Assembly (NCBI GenBank): GCA_002432945.1
Contig: DJHE01000027.1
Location: forward strand, 1 to 39,359
DNA length: 39,359 bases
Direction of reading: 5' to 3'
From: Synergistaceae bacterium UBA5827
GTDB lineage: Bacteria; Synergistota; Synergistia; Synergistales; 79-D21
Both the position numbers and the translations under genes were made by a program. The notes under the pieces were generated by a model, which had not been told where the DNA came from, did not search any database, and was given only the letters and a program-made list of their open reading frames with translations. This document shows positions 16,960 through 26,258 of this stretch, piece by piece. Position 1 is the first letter of the stretch; every line of letters begins with the position of its first letter.

Positions 16960-18210
16960 GTGCGCTTTGCCCTCTGCGACTGCAACAACTTCTTCGTCTC
17001 CTGCGAACGGCTCCTCCGGCCCGACCTGGCGGGAAAGCCGGTCATCGTCCTGTCCTGCAACGACGGGTGCGTCATCTCCCGGTCCAACGAAGCCAAGGCC
17101 CTGGGCATCCCCATGGCCGAACCGTTCTTCAAGATCGCCGCCCTGGCGAAGGCCCACGACGTGGCCGTCTTCTCCACCAACTTCGCCCTCTACCACGAGG
17201 TCTCCCGGCGCGTCATGGCGGTCCTCTCCCGGTACACCGACCGCATGGAGACCTATTCCGTTGACGAGGCCTTCCTGGACCTCTCCATCGCCTCGCTGGC
17301 CGACCCCGTGGAGTACGCGCGGGGTATCCGCAGGACCCTCCTCGAGGAAATCGGGATCCCCGCCTCCATCGGCATCGCCTCCACCAAGACCCTGGCCAAG
17401 CTGGCCGCGGACAGGGGCAAGAAGGACCCCGAAACGGGAGGGGTCTTCTCCCTCGAGGGACTGGACCTGGACGCCTTCCTGGAAAAGGTCCCCGTGGGGG
17501 ACGTCTGGGGGATCGGCCGGCGGTGCACCGAATCCCTCTCCCGCTCCGGCATCCGCACGGCACGCCAGTTCCGGGACGCCAAGGACGACTGGCTGCGCCT
17601 GCACTTCTCCGTCCGGGGCGTGCACACCGCCTGGGAACTGAGGGGGATCTCCTGCATCCGGCTGGTGGAGGAGGATCCCGCCCAGAAATCGATCCAGGCG
17701 TCCCGCTCCTTCGGCACTCCGGTGACCGACCTGGAAAGCCTGAAGGAGGCCGTGGCCGGGCACGTGGTCTCGGCCGGGGAACGGCTGCGGAGCCAGGGAC
17801 TGGCCGCGCGGGCCCTGCAGGTCTACATCTCCACCAGCCGTTTCAGGGGCAACCTCTTCGCCCCCGCCGTCACGATGAAGATGGACGCCCCCACCTCCAG
17901 CAACCTTATCCTGGTGAAGGCCGCGCTGGAAGGGCTCGAGCGGATCTACGCCCCCGGGCACGCCTTCACGAAGGCCGGTGTGACCCTGCTCGAGCTGGGC
18001 CCCGACGGCGTGACCCAGCAGGGGCTGTTCGACGAAGAGGGAGTTCAGCTGAAGCGGAAGAAGGACCGGGCGCTGATGGCAGCCGTGGACGAGGTGAACC
18101 GGGCCCTGGGCGAGGGAACCCTGCAGCCGGCGCTGCTGTTTTCAAAAGAGAGGGAATGGGAACCGAAGCACGAGAAACTTTCGGATGGGCTGGAGGAGGG
18201 GCTGCGATGA
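16960..18210 (+). CDS. umuC: Y-family DNA polymerase V subunit UmuC
   Basis: DCNNFFVSCER, SNEAKALG, YSVDEAFL, TKTLAK, VWGIGRR, SRSFG. Confidence 0.93.
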   Translation: MRFALCDCNNFFVSCERLLRPDLAGKPVIVLSCNDGCVISRSNEAKALGIPMAEPFFKIAALAKAHDVAVFSTNFALYHEVSRRVMAVLSRYTDRMETYSVDEAFLDLSIASLADPVEYARGIRRTLLEEIGIPASIGIASTKTLAKLAADRGKKDPETGGVFSLEGLDLDAFLEKVPVGDVWGIGRRCTESLSRSGIRTARQFRDAKDDWLRLHFSVRGVHTAWELRGISCIRLVEEDPAQKSIQASRSFGTPVTDLESLKEAVAGHVVSAGERLRSQGLAARALQVYISTSRFRGNLFAPAVTMKMDAPTSSNLILVKAALEGLERIYAPGHAFTKAGVTLLELGPDGVTQQGLFDEEGVQLKRKKDRALMAAVDEVNRALGEGTLQPALLFSKEREWEPKHEKLSDGLEEGLR

Positions 18211-19064
18211 CGTACATGGACGATACCGTTTACTACCCGCAGGATGAAATGCATACGGCCCTGGTGCTGGTCACGTCGGGATGCTCCTACAACAAGTGCG
18301 CGTTCTGCTCCATGTACAAGGACGTTCAATACTGCCAGGTCCCGTTTCCGGACATGGAAATGCAATTGCGAAGCGGATACGCCTACACGGAAAAAGTGTT
18401 CCTGACAGGCGCGGACCCGATGTCCATAGGGTTTGACAGGATGAAGCGATTGCTGGACCTGATCCATCGCCATCTGCCCACTTGCGCGTGCGTGGCATCG
18501 TACGCGTCCATAAGGAACATTTCCGCCTATTCGGTCGCGGAGCTGTCCATCCTTCACGATGCGGGGCTCAGGCTCCTCTACATCGGTTTCGAAACCGGCC
18601 GGGACGACATCCTGGAACTGATGAACAAAGGCCATACGGTCAGCGAAGCGATCGAACAGGCGAAAAAACTCAACGAGGCAAAAATACCGTTCAACTCCGT
18701 CGTCATGTATGGAATCGCCGGAAAGGGCGAGTCCGTGGCCAACGCCGCTGCGACCGCCAAAATGATCAACCGGTTCGTGACGAACAGGGTCATCACCATG
18801 AACCTGACGATTTTTTACGGAACGGAGCTGAACAAGAGGGTGGAAAGAGGCGAGTTCGTTCCTGCGTCCGGGAACGAAAGGCTGCTGGAAATACGGACAC
18901 TGCTGGAAAATCTCGAACCCGGGCAGCCCATGGTGTTCGATACGACCCACCCGACCAACCTCATCAAGATAAAAGGCACCCTGCCCCAGGACAAAAAACG
19001 CCTGTTGAACGAAATCGACCGTTACGGGTGCCCGGCCGATCTTTTTGAGAAAGATATTCAATAA
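18207..19064 (+). CDS. Radical SAM protein
   Basis: GCSYNKCAFCSMY CxxxCxxC; YIGFETG; true start ATG 18207 overlapping the umuC stop. Confidence 0.88.
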   Translation: MTYMDDTVYYPQDEMHTALVLVTSGCSYNKCAFCSMYKDVQYCQVPFPDMEMQLRSGYAYTEKVFLTGADPMSIGFDRMKRLLDLIHRHLPTCACVASYASIRNISAYSVAELSILHDAGLRLLYIGFETGRDDILELMNKGHTVSEAIEQAKKLNEAKIPFNSVVMYGIAGKGESVANAAATAKMINRFVTNRVITMNLTIFYGTELNKRVERGEFVPASGNERLLEIRTLLENLEPGQPMVFDTTHPTNLIKIKGTLPQDKKRLLNEIDRYGCPADLFEKDIQ

Positions 19065-19142
19065 ATGTGCTAAAATCTGTACGAATTTTTCCTGGCACTC
19101 CGAGTCCTACCGTCTAAAGGCAAAGCCCAGGGGGAGATACCG

Positions 19143-19628
19143 ATGGATTCGATCGTGCTAAACCCGATAGGGATCATCCGCACGCCGCACAAGAGCCTCG
19201 AAGGAACCCCGATCCAGCCTTGCGGGGCCTGCGGGATCCTCGGGACCGTCGAAGTGGAGGAAGCCTTCCGGGAAGGCCTGCTTGACCTCAAGGGCTTTTC
19301 GCACCTCTTCCTTCTTTACCTCTTCCATCAATCGAAAGGCTTCAACCTGACCGTCAAGCCCTTCCTCGACGATGCCAGGCATGGGGTCTTCTCCACCCGG
19401 GCGCCCAGGAGGCCCAATCCCATCGGCCTTTCCGTGGTCCGCCTGGTAGAAGTCAGGGAAGGGACGCTCCACGTGGAAGGCGTCGACATGGTCGACGGGA
19501 CCCCGCTTTTGGACATCAAGCCGTTCATTCCCGATTTCGACCTGCCCTGCGGGGAAATCTGGACAGGGTGGCTCTCCGGGCGGTCCAAAAACGCAACCTC
19601 CCTCAAGGCCGACAACCGTTTCCTTTAA
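19143..19628 (+). CDS. trmO: tRNA t6A37 N6-methyltransferase TrmO (TsaA)
   Basis: GVFSTRAPRRPNPIGLS, DGTPLLDIKP. Confidence 0.92.
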   Translation: MDSIVLNPIGIIRTPHKSLEGTPIQPCGACGILGTVEVEEAFREGLLDLKGFSHLFLLYLFHQSKGFNLTVKPFLDDARHGVFSTRAPRRPNPIGLSVVRLVEVREGTLHVEGVDMVDGTPLLDIKPFIPDFDLPCGEIWTGWLSGRSKNATSLKADNRFL

Positions 19629-20110
19629 ACCGCCTTGCCGACCTCCAATAGCTCCCCCATCCGGCCGCGGGGCGCGACGTGGACCTTCTGGCCCGGACCG
19701 GCGATCTCCCTGTGCGTCCCGGCCGCCACGCCCGGGGTGTTGTTTTCCCCGGAAAGGTGCGCCAGGCAGACCCAGGAAAAAACCTTGCCCGCTTCGGCCA
19801 CCAGCCGGGCAGACTCCTCGTTGGAGATATGCCCGCCCCGACCGGAAATCCTCTGTTTTAGAAAAGCGGGGTACTTGCCGCACCGCAGCATATCGGGGTC
19901 GTAATTGCTTTCCAGGAACACCGCGTCCAGGGACCGGACGACCGTCCCCAGCCCATCAAAAACATGCCCCAGGTCCGTGAGGATCCCGAGGCGCAGGCCG
20001 CCGTCCTCGATCACGAAGACGGAACCTTCGACCGAATCGTGGGGGGTGGGGACCGTTTCTACACGGACCGGCCCGAAGTCCAGGCAATCACCGGGTGAAA
20101 AATGGCGTGC
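19625..20110 (-). pseudogene. MBL-fold hydrolase (YycJ/WalJ-like), 5'-truncated
   Basis: PHDS, TDLGH, LESNYD, GHISN, AHLSGENN present; N-terminal HxHxDH half absent; 5' boundary approximate. Confidence 0.7.
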
Positions 20111-20264
20111 CGAACACAGGGAAGGGAAACGCCGCCTGCGGCAGATCGCTACCTCCGTCGCGGCCGGGCACCCGGCACCCACCCAAGGAATCACTACTTC
20201 ACTCGTTCATGGCCCCTATAATGGGGCAGGAACGAGTGCCTGGATGGACCGGGGAGGGAAACCG

Positions 20265-20648
20265 ATGAAACGCGAAAACGGGTGTCTTTTCTGCAGCGTC
20301 GGCGAAGAGCGCATCATTGCCGAGAATGACCTTGCCTTTGCCATCCGGGACGGGTTCCCCGTGACGGAACTGCACTCCCTTATCATCCCCAAACGGCACG
20401 TGAGCGACTATTTCGAGCTCACGAAAGAGGAACTTCTCGCCTGCAACGAACTCTTGCGGATCGTGAAAGAAGAGATCCTCGCCAGGGACACATCCGTGAA
20501 GGGCTTCAACGTCGGGGCGAACTCGGGACTCGTTGCCGGGCAAAGCATCTTCCATTGCCACATCCACCTGGTCCCCCGGAGGGAAGGCGACGTCCCCAAT
20601 CCCAAGGGCGGGATCCGTCACGTCATCCCCGGCAAGGGAGCGTACTGA
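20265..20648 (+). CDS. HIT family hydrolase
   Basis: CLFC, DGFPVTELHSLIIPKRH, AGQSIFHCHIHLVPR; GGAGGG RBS. Confidence 0.92.
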   Translation: MKRENGCLFCSVGEERIIAENDLAFAIRDGFPVTELHSLIIPKRHVSDYFELTKEELLACNELLRIVKEEILARDTSVKGFNVGANSGLVAGQSIFHCHIHLVPRREGDVPNPKGGIRHVIPGKGAY

Positions 20649-20731
20649 CGGAAGCCTGGCTGTGCCGGCCGTACTAGACAGCTAAGCCGTGCTATCCAGC
20701 CTAGTTAAGCGACCGGAAATTCGCTCCTTTT

Positions 20732-20804
20732 CCCTCGCCTGAAGGTGTCTGCCAAGTAGCCCCTAAGGAAACTTGAATACCCGGCCTCAACGGATGGCGT
20801 GCCT
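20732..20804 (-). repeat. Decayed duplicate of the HD gene 3' end
   Basis: Three colinear blocks match 21437-21464 (23/28), 21502-21529 (24/28) and 21543-21556 (12/14). Confidence 0.8.
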
Positions 20805-21127
20805 TATCGCAGGGCCTTCTTCGCCAGTTCACGGTCTGCCCGAAGACGTTTCAGGCTGGATTCGATTTCCCGGCGCCTTTGGATGCTCTCGCCGATCTTC
20901 ATAGCTTCGTCCCGAGGAACGAAAACGCTCTTCACCTTTTTCCCGTCGCGGAAGCAGCGGTAGAGATATTCCCGCCCCCGGATGACCTTCACCTGGAGGG
21001 ACCCCTTCGGCATGGACTCCAGCTCCTTTATGTACAGGGCCTCCATCCGCTGCGATCGGTCGAGTTCTTCCCGCAGGATGCCGCGAATGATGCTTTCCTT
21101 CTCCTGCTTGACAAACCGGCTGGGCAT
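20804..21127 (-). CDS. Small basic hypothetical protein (probable DNA-binding or antitoxin-like)
   Basis: MPKGSLQVKVIRGREYLYRCFRDGKKVKSVFV core plus C-terminal coiled coil; GGAGGG RBS. Confidence 0.75.
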   Translation of the reverse strand: MPSRFVKQEKESIIRGILREELDRSQRMEALYIKELESMPKGSLQVKVIRGREYLYRCFRDGKKVKSVFVPRDEAMKIGESIQRRREIESSLKRLRADRELAKKALR

Positions 21128-21149
21128 TGGGTTTCCCTCCTTTCTTTGC

Positions 21150-21250
21150 TAACCAACCATATATATCATATAGCCTTTTTGTTGGTTATCAACCTTCCGA
21201 TTCCGGCGAAATAACCAACAACTATCCATATTATACATTATTGTTGGTTA
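21150..21250. promoter_or_regulatory. Two TAACCAAC-N23-GTTGGTTA inverted-repeat operators
   Basis: Half sites at 21150, 21181, 21212 and 21243; each spacer contains a minus-strand -10-like hexamer (TATGAT, TATAAT). Confidence 0.7.
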
Positions 21251-21337
21251 GCGAATCCCTCTAAAATAGCTCGACCATGCACAGCATTGTCCCGGATGCT
21301 GGGGCCGCGAGAGGGAGGGGGCACTGAGGAAAAAAGA

Positions 21338-21371
21338 GGTCCCTTATTATCACTTGTGATAATAAGGGACC
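21338..21371. repeat. Perfect 16-bp-arm palindrome
   Basis: GGTCCCTTATTATCAC-TT-GTGATAATAAGGGACC; extra partial half-site TGATAATAAGG at 21407-21417. Confidence 0.85.
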
Positions 21372-21439
21372 CTCGGAGATAGTTTTATTTTAAAAATAGC
21401 TCTTTTTGATAATAAGGAATCGGGTCGCGGCTCTCCCCC

Positions 21440-22600
21440 TCACCTGAAGTAGTCCGCCAGGTAGGCCAGGTTCGTGCCCCCGAAGCGGAAATTCCCGTAT
21501 TCCCTCAGGAAGCTCGAATACCCGGCTTCCAGGTGGCTCGAGCGGATCCCGTGCCTCATCGACAGGGCGGCCTCGATGAAGGCGGCGTACTTGTCGCAGT
21601 AGTTGACCAGGGTTCCATCGATGCGGACTTTTCCGGAGACCCCGTCCATTTCAAACTCGCGGTCCTCGAACTCCCGCGCCGTCAGTTCCCTGGCGAGGCC
21701 CCGCATCCGCTCGGGCAGAAGCGGGACGACCCGCTCCTCCATCATCTCTTCCTCGTAGGTCTTGAGCAGGCTCTCCAGCCCCTCGACGTTCCGCTTGATC
21801 GGCGAAATGATGTCCCGCGTCAAAACCTCCGGCAGGTCGTGGAACAGCCCGGCGATGAAATTCCAGGTCGACCGCTCCCGGCCACTCCCCGTCTCGGACG
21901 AGAGAAAATACGCCATGAGCGCGACGAACAGGGCGTGCCCCAGCACGGAGGTCTCCGGGACCCGCGGCGTTCCCGTCCAGCGTTTCTGGAACCGCAGCTG
22001 CCCCGCCAGGTCCACGAAAGCCGCCAGGCCTTTCTCCTTTTCCGCCATGGCCGCGGACGCGATCTTCTCCTCGACCAGGGGGATGTCCCGGTATTTCAGC
22101 AGCTGGCCTCGGATCCGTGCCTGCGTTTCCTCGAACCCGTAAAGCTTCTGGCTCAGGGGGGCGATCAGGTCGAACTCCCAGAGCGTCGCAAGGTAATGGG
22201 CGGCCCCCAGCACGCGCTCGACCTCCGCGTCGGCCGGTCCCGAAACGAGGAAGTCCCCGAAGGCCCGGTGGAAATCCCCTTCCAGGGCGCCGGTGTCCTT
22301 CTCCAGCGTCTTCAGGACGAAGTCGTCCACCGCCGGCTTGCTCGTCTCCATCAGCCAGTAAAAGACCGGGGGCTTCATGTCCGTCAGGACCGCGCGCTGC
22401 AGGAAACCGTAGACCAGCCCCTCCACGATCTCCGGCAGCTTTTGGGCCATCCCGTCCATCGAACAGGCGATGGAGACCGCGATGACCGCCTTGTGCGCCT
22501 GCTTGTCCATCTCGGTCAGGCTGAGCGGCCGGGGATGGTCGTTCCACCGCTCGATGCTGAAGGCCGAAAAGATCCGTTCGATCAACCCGCGGGAAATCAT
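21440..22600 (-). CDS. HD-superfamily phosphohydrolase with tandem YfbR-like domains
   Basis: ERWND..KQAHK; QKRW...TSVLGH..GLFHDLPEVLTRDIISP..CDK. Confidence 0.88.
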   Translation of the reverse strand: MISRGLIERIFSAFSIERWNDHPRPLSLTEMDKQAHKAVIAVSIACSMDGMAQKLPEIVEGLVYGFLQRAVLTDMKPPVFYWLMETSKPAVDDFVLKTLEKDTGALEGDFHRAFGDFLVSGPADAEVERVLGAAHYLATLWEFDLIAPLSQKLYGFEETQARIRGQLLKYRDIPLVEEKIASAAMAEKEKGLAAFVDLAGQLRFQKRWTGTPRVPETSVLGHALFVALMAYFLSSETGSGRERSTWNFIAGLFHDLPEVLTRDIISPIKRNVEGLESLLKTYEEEMMEERVVPLLPERMRGLARELTAREFEDREFEMDGVSGKVRIDGTLVNYCDKYAAFIEAALSMRHGIRSSHLEAGYSSFLREYGNFRFGGTNLAYLADYFR

Positions 22601-22640
22601 GGCATCGCCCCCCTCGAAGGCCCCTGGAACAGGCCGGGCG

Positions 22641-23324
22641 TCACTCCATCACGATCCGGTTGCGGCCGGGCATGTAGGCCAGGGATTTCAGCCCCTGCAG
22701 GACCTCGTTGCCGATGATGCCGTCTGCGCCGGCCATGCCCAGGCTCAGGCCGAGCATCGCGGGGAGGGTGCCGGTCACCAGGGAGAAGGCCCTGGACACC
22801 AGCTTCACCTCCAGGCGGTAGGTATCCGTCTCGAACCGGCCGAACCCCGGGTAGAAATCCTCATCCGTGCCGATCTTCGGTCCTTTCGCCAGCACATCCT
22901 CGTCCTGGAAGTAGGAAATCCGGGCCCCAGTGTCGAAGAAGAAACCGTAGGCCTGCCCGTCAACGGACGCTTCCACCAGCGGCACCCCCATGAGCGGCTT
23001 GAACGGGATCGCCTCCCCCTCCAAAGGCAGCGGAGCGCCGGGGACCACCAGCTTGCCGCGCTCGAAATCGAACAGCAGATCCCCTTCGTTCAGAACGTCC
23101 GTGCCGAGCAGCCCGTGGACTTCCGTGCCGATGAACCCGGAGAGCTGCGAAGCCGTCAGGCCCATGACGTTCCCCGGCAGCCGGAGTTCCTGTCCCCCGA
23201 AGTTCAGGCCCGATGAAGCCGCCATGCTCATGGGCGAACCCGTGTCCAGGACGAACTTCTTCCCCTCGATTTCCGCGAAAAGGTGCCCCTTCTCGAAGCT
23301 GAGACCGTACTCGTAAACCGGCAT
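22641..23324 (-). CDS. Retropepsin-like aspartyl protease with two DTG motifs
   Basis: FVLDTGS...GLLG and FFFDTGA...GIIG; AAAGGAGG RBS; no evident signal peptide. Confidence 0.85.
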   Translation of the reverse strand: MPVYEYGLSFEKGHLFAEIEGKKFVLDTGSPMSMAASSGLNFGGQELRLPGNVMGLTASQLSGFIGTEVHGLLGTDVLNEGDLLFDFERGKLVVPGAPLPLEGEAIPFKPLMGVPLVEASVDGQAYGFFFDTGARISYFQDEDVLAKGPKIGTDEDFYPGFGRFETDTYRLEVKLVSRAFSLVTGTLPAMLGLSLGMAGADGIIGNEVLQGLKSLAYMPGRNRIVME

Positions 23325-23340
23325 GAACGACTCCTCCTTT

Positions 23341-25863
23341 TCAGGCGATCTCGATTATCAGGAAAAACTCCAACTTATCCCGAAGCCCCGCACTATCCGG
23401 CACGAACAGCCTGCACTCGAGGGCCTCTTCCGGCGCAACCCGGATGTTGAGCGGCCGGCTTCCGCCCCCGCCGAGGAGGGCTTTCAGGCTGACCTCCACC
23501 CGCGGGCTGACCATATCCCCGACGAAAAGCCGGAACAGGATCGTATCGGCCACGGGGGCGAGTTCAGCTGCCAGGGCAGAACGAATCAACACGACCATGC
23601 TCTCCAGGAGCAACTCGCTTTGATCGTTCTTTCTTTCCTCTCTCCCGATAAGGATTGCGACCTCGGCATCGTCAAAGGGCGGCTTGCCGGAAAAAGTAAA
23701 ACATCCGGACATCCGGCTTCTCGGATTCAACGTTTGACAATACAGGTGTCCCCCGTTATTTGCCTGGGGTGAGGGCACGTCTTTTTCCCTCCAGCATTCC
23801 TTTAAAATGTGAAAGAAGCTCGGCCGAGGGACCCGCTGAACCGCAGTCTTACACCTCTTGGGCAAGGGTGCACAGGCCATCGTGTCGAAATCACCGACCC
23901 AGCCGCGGGGACGCATGCTCGGGACCACCAGCGTTTCGGACACCCTTTGCCCGGCCTCGCTGCGCACCGCCACGAAGGCGGTTTCCGTCGAAACGATCCC
24001 GGCCGAGATGGATTCCTGTGCCAAGGCTTCACGGATCCTTTCCGACACCTGGAGTTCCCGGTTTTCCGGGTAGAGCGGTTTCTCATGCTCTTCCGATTCC
24101 AGGCCCATGGAGCCGAGGATTTCCTCGATTTCCCGTTCCGAGGGCTCCGTTTTGAGAAGCCTCTCCAAACGGGAAACGCGCAGTGCCCCGCAAAGGCCTT
24201 TCACCGACTCTGCCGGGTTTTCCGACGGGGCGGATTCCGCGATCGATTCCCCATCGGGGCCCGCCAGGACCAGCCCCGGCTTTTCGGCCCCCTCGAGCCA
24301 GCCGGCCACCCAGACCGGCCGCCCAATCGGCAAGTCCCCCAGTTCGATTCCCTCCCGGGCGCCGGCCTTGACCGCCCATTTCACGCCGGAAGCCTCTTGG
24401 ATCCGTCCGTCTTTCGCGCAAAGGAGCAGATCCTGCCGCAGCGGGCGTGCCATCCCCTCCAGGACTTCCTCAAGCGCCGTGGTGATATCCGATTCCTCCG
24501 GGTTGCTGGTCAGGAAGACGGCCTCACCGCCGCTTTTTTCCGCCAGGCCGGTGACCAGGGGCTCGTTGGGCGCCGAATCGATGCAGACGACGCTGACCCG
24601 GCGGTGGTTTTTCTTTTCCGATTCACGATCGGCCAGTTGGAAAATCCTTTCGGCATCCGTCACCTGGCCGTCGGTCAGGATCACGACGTGCCGGGCAAAG
24701 TTACCGCGAGTCCTCGGCATTCTCAGGGACTGCTCAAGGGCAACCCCCAGTTCAGTTCCCCCGCGAGGCCTGATGTGATCCAACAGTGAAAGGGCTTCCG
24801 AGACATCCTTTTCCCCAAGGGGGAGGCCCCGCGTACCGAACCATCCAGCATTGCGGAACCATTCCACCGTTTGGTCGAAATACCCGACGTTGAAAACCTC
24901 ATCCTCGCCCAGCCCAGACAGCAGGCTCCGGACCGCCCACGAGGCCGCCTCCCACTTCGGGCCGCCCATTGAACCCGACCGGTCCACCAGCAGGATGATC
25001 TCCCGGGGCACGGTTTCATGGACCCTGGTGTCCGGTGCCTGGACGAGCGCCAGGAACCACTGCCGCCCCTCCTCCCCCCAGCCGAACGAACGGAGGGAAA
25101 TCCCCTCTGTGCCGGATTCCAGGGGGAAACGGATCACGCAGTCCTGGTCCGGGAATGCGCCCTGGTCCTCCAGGAAGAGGCGGTAAACCTGCCCCAGGGA
25201 TTCCGTCCTAAGGGGGTGCGTGAGGCTCTCCGGAGCCCCGAGTCCGCGGCACTCCAGTTCCAGATTGAAGCGGTAGCCGGGATCCCACGCCACGCCCAGG
25301 GGCTGCCGACGCAAAGCTTCCATTCCCTCGTCATCCCGGGTGTAGCGGGGGGCCAGCGTCAGGGGAACCCGCAGTTCGCAAGCCCCGCGCCGGGGACGCA
25401 GCCAGAGCAGGAACCCCGTTTCGACCGTCACGTCCTCCCCCGATCTCAGCCCCGCGATCCGCAAGGTGAAGACACCCGCCCCCTCTTTTTCCAGGAGCAC
25501 GGCCTGGCGCCCCTCTTCGAAGGCCTCCTCGTAATCATCCCGGGCCGTTTCGCGACGGGCGAGAGTCGTCTCGATGCGGACCTTCCCGAAGGAAACCGCC
25601 ACCGACTTCACCACCGCATCCCCGGGAAGGGGAAACCGGTAAACGGCCTCGACCGCCTGTTCGGGCTCCATCCCAGGCCCCCGGAAGACCTGTTTCAGCC
25701 CCAGGTTCCCAAGCGGGCCGTCGAGACTCCCGGAAAGGACCATTTCCTTCAGGGGGCAATAAGAGATGCCCTGTTGCCGTCCCTTGCCGGGGCCTTCCAG
25801 GAGCAAAGTCGGAATTCCGTCCCGGTAAAGCGCGTTGAAATGACGTTTGTCAAACATGCACAT
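23341..25863 (-). CDS. VIT + vWA domain protein
   Basis: EAVYRFPLP..VV VIT motif; LVDRSGSM MIDAS, GGTEL, ILTDG; start ATG 25863 or 25857. Confidence 0.88.
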   Translation of the reverse strand: MCMFDKRHFNALYRDGIPTLLLEGPGKGRQQGISYCPLKEMVLSGSLDGPLGNLGLKQVFRGPGMEPEQAVEAVYRFPLPGDAVVKSVAVSFGKVRIETTLARRETARDDYEEAFEEGRQAVLLEKEGAGVFTLRIAGLRSGEDVTVETGFLLWLRPRRGACELRVPLTLAPRYTRDDEGMEALRRQPLGVAWDPGYRFNLELECRGLGAPESLTHPLRTESLGQVYRLFLEDQGAFPDQDCVIRFPLESGTEGISLRSFGWGEEGRQWFLALVQAPDTRVHETVPREIILLVDRSGSMGGPKWEAASWAVRSLLSGLGEDEVFNVGYFDQTVEWFRNAGWFGTRGLPLGEKDVSEALSLLDHIRPRGGTELGVALEQSLRMPRTRGNFARHVVILTDGQVTDAERIFQLADRESEKKNHRRVSVVCIDSAPNEPLVTGLAEKSGGEAVFLTSNPEESDITTALEEVLEGMARPLRQDLLLCAKDGRIQEASGVKWAVKAGAREGIELGDLPIGRPVWVAGWLEGAEKPGLVLAGPDGESIAESAPSENPAESVKGLCGALRVSRLERLLKTEPSEREIEEILGSMGLESEEHEKPLYPENRELQVSERIREALAQESISAGIVSTETAFVAVRSEAGQRVSETLVVPSMRPRGWVGDFDTMACAPLPKRCKTAVQRVPRPSFFHILKECWREKDVPSPQANNGGHLYCQTLNPRSRMSGCFTFSGKPPFDDAEVAILIGREERKNDQSELLLESMVVLIRSALAAELAPVADTILFRLFVGDMVSPRVEVSLKALLGGGGSRPLNIRVAPEEALECRLFVPDSAGLRDKLEFFLIIEIA

Positions 25864-26215
25864 CGTCTCCCTTTTCCGGTTTTTTCTCCGAATCGCCCCC
25901 GAAAAGGTTCCTGAGGGCACCGACCAGGCTTTCCTCCGTGAGCAGGCCGCTCGCCATCATGGCCAGGGGAGAGGTCCCCGCCCGGCAGACCGCGCCGCCC
26001 ACCAGCAGGATCCGCTTGAGCGTTTCCGGCTCCATGCCCCCCTTTTCGAGTTTCGCCTCGAGGTACTCCAGCTGGGCCACGTTGCGCCCCTGCGGGACCG
26101 CCTTGCCCGTTTCCCAGCGGCTCAGCGCCACCGCCGTGACACCCAGGATCTTGGAAAACTCCTCCTGGGTGCAGCCCAGCGCCTTCCTCAAACAAAGAAT
26201 TTCTTCCGCGTTCAT
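25850..26215 (-). CDS. XRE-family HTH regulator
   Basis: LRKALGCTQEEFSKILGVTAVALSRWETGK; overlaps the VIT gene start. Confidence 0.88.
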   Translation of the reverse strand: MNAEEILCLRKALGCTQEEFSKILGVTAVALSRWETGKAVPQGRNVAQLEYLEAKLEKGGMEPETLKRILLVGGAVCRAGTSPLAMMASGLLTEESLVGALRNLFGGDSEKKPEKGDDVHV

Positions 26216-26258
26216 TTCGATTCCCCGTCCCTCGTCCGATAGGATCCGGACAATATCA

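Noticed and set aside
17523-18206. Apparent 513-aa fusion extending the radical SAM N-terminus
   Set aside because: The extension is an off-frame read of umuC; the real start is ATG 18207 after a GGAGG RBS.
20649-20731. GTTAAGC after the HIT gene resembling an integron attC core
   Set aside because: No matching RYYYAAC inverse core, no second cassette and no integron integrase.
21150-21417. Repeats considered as a CRISPR array or IS ends
   Set aside because: They are short inverted half-sites, not direct repeats with spacers; no cas or transposase gene.
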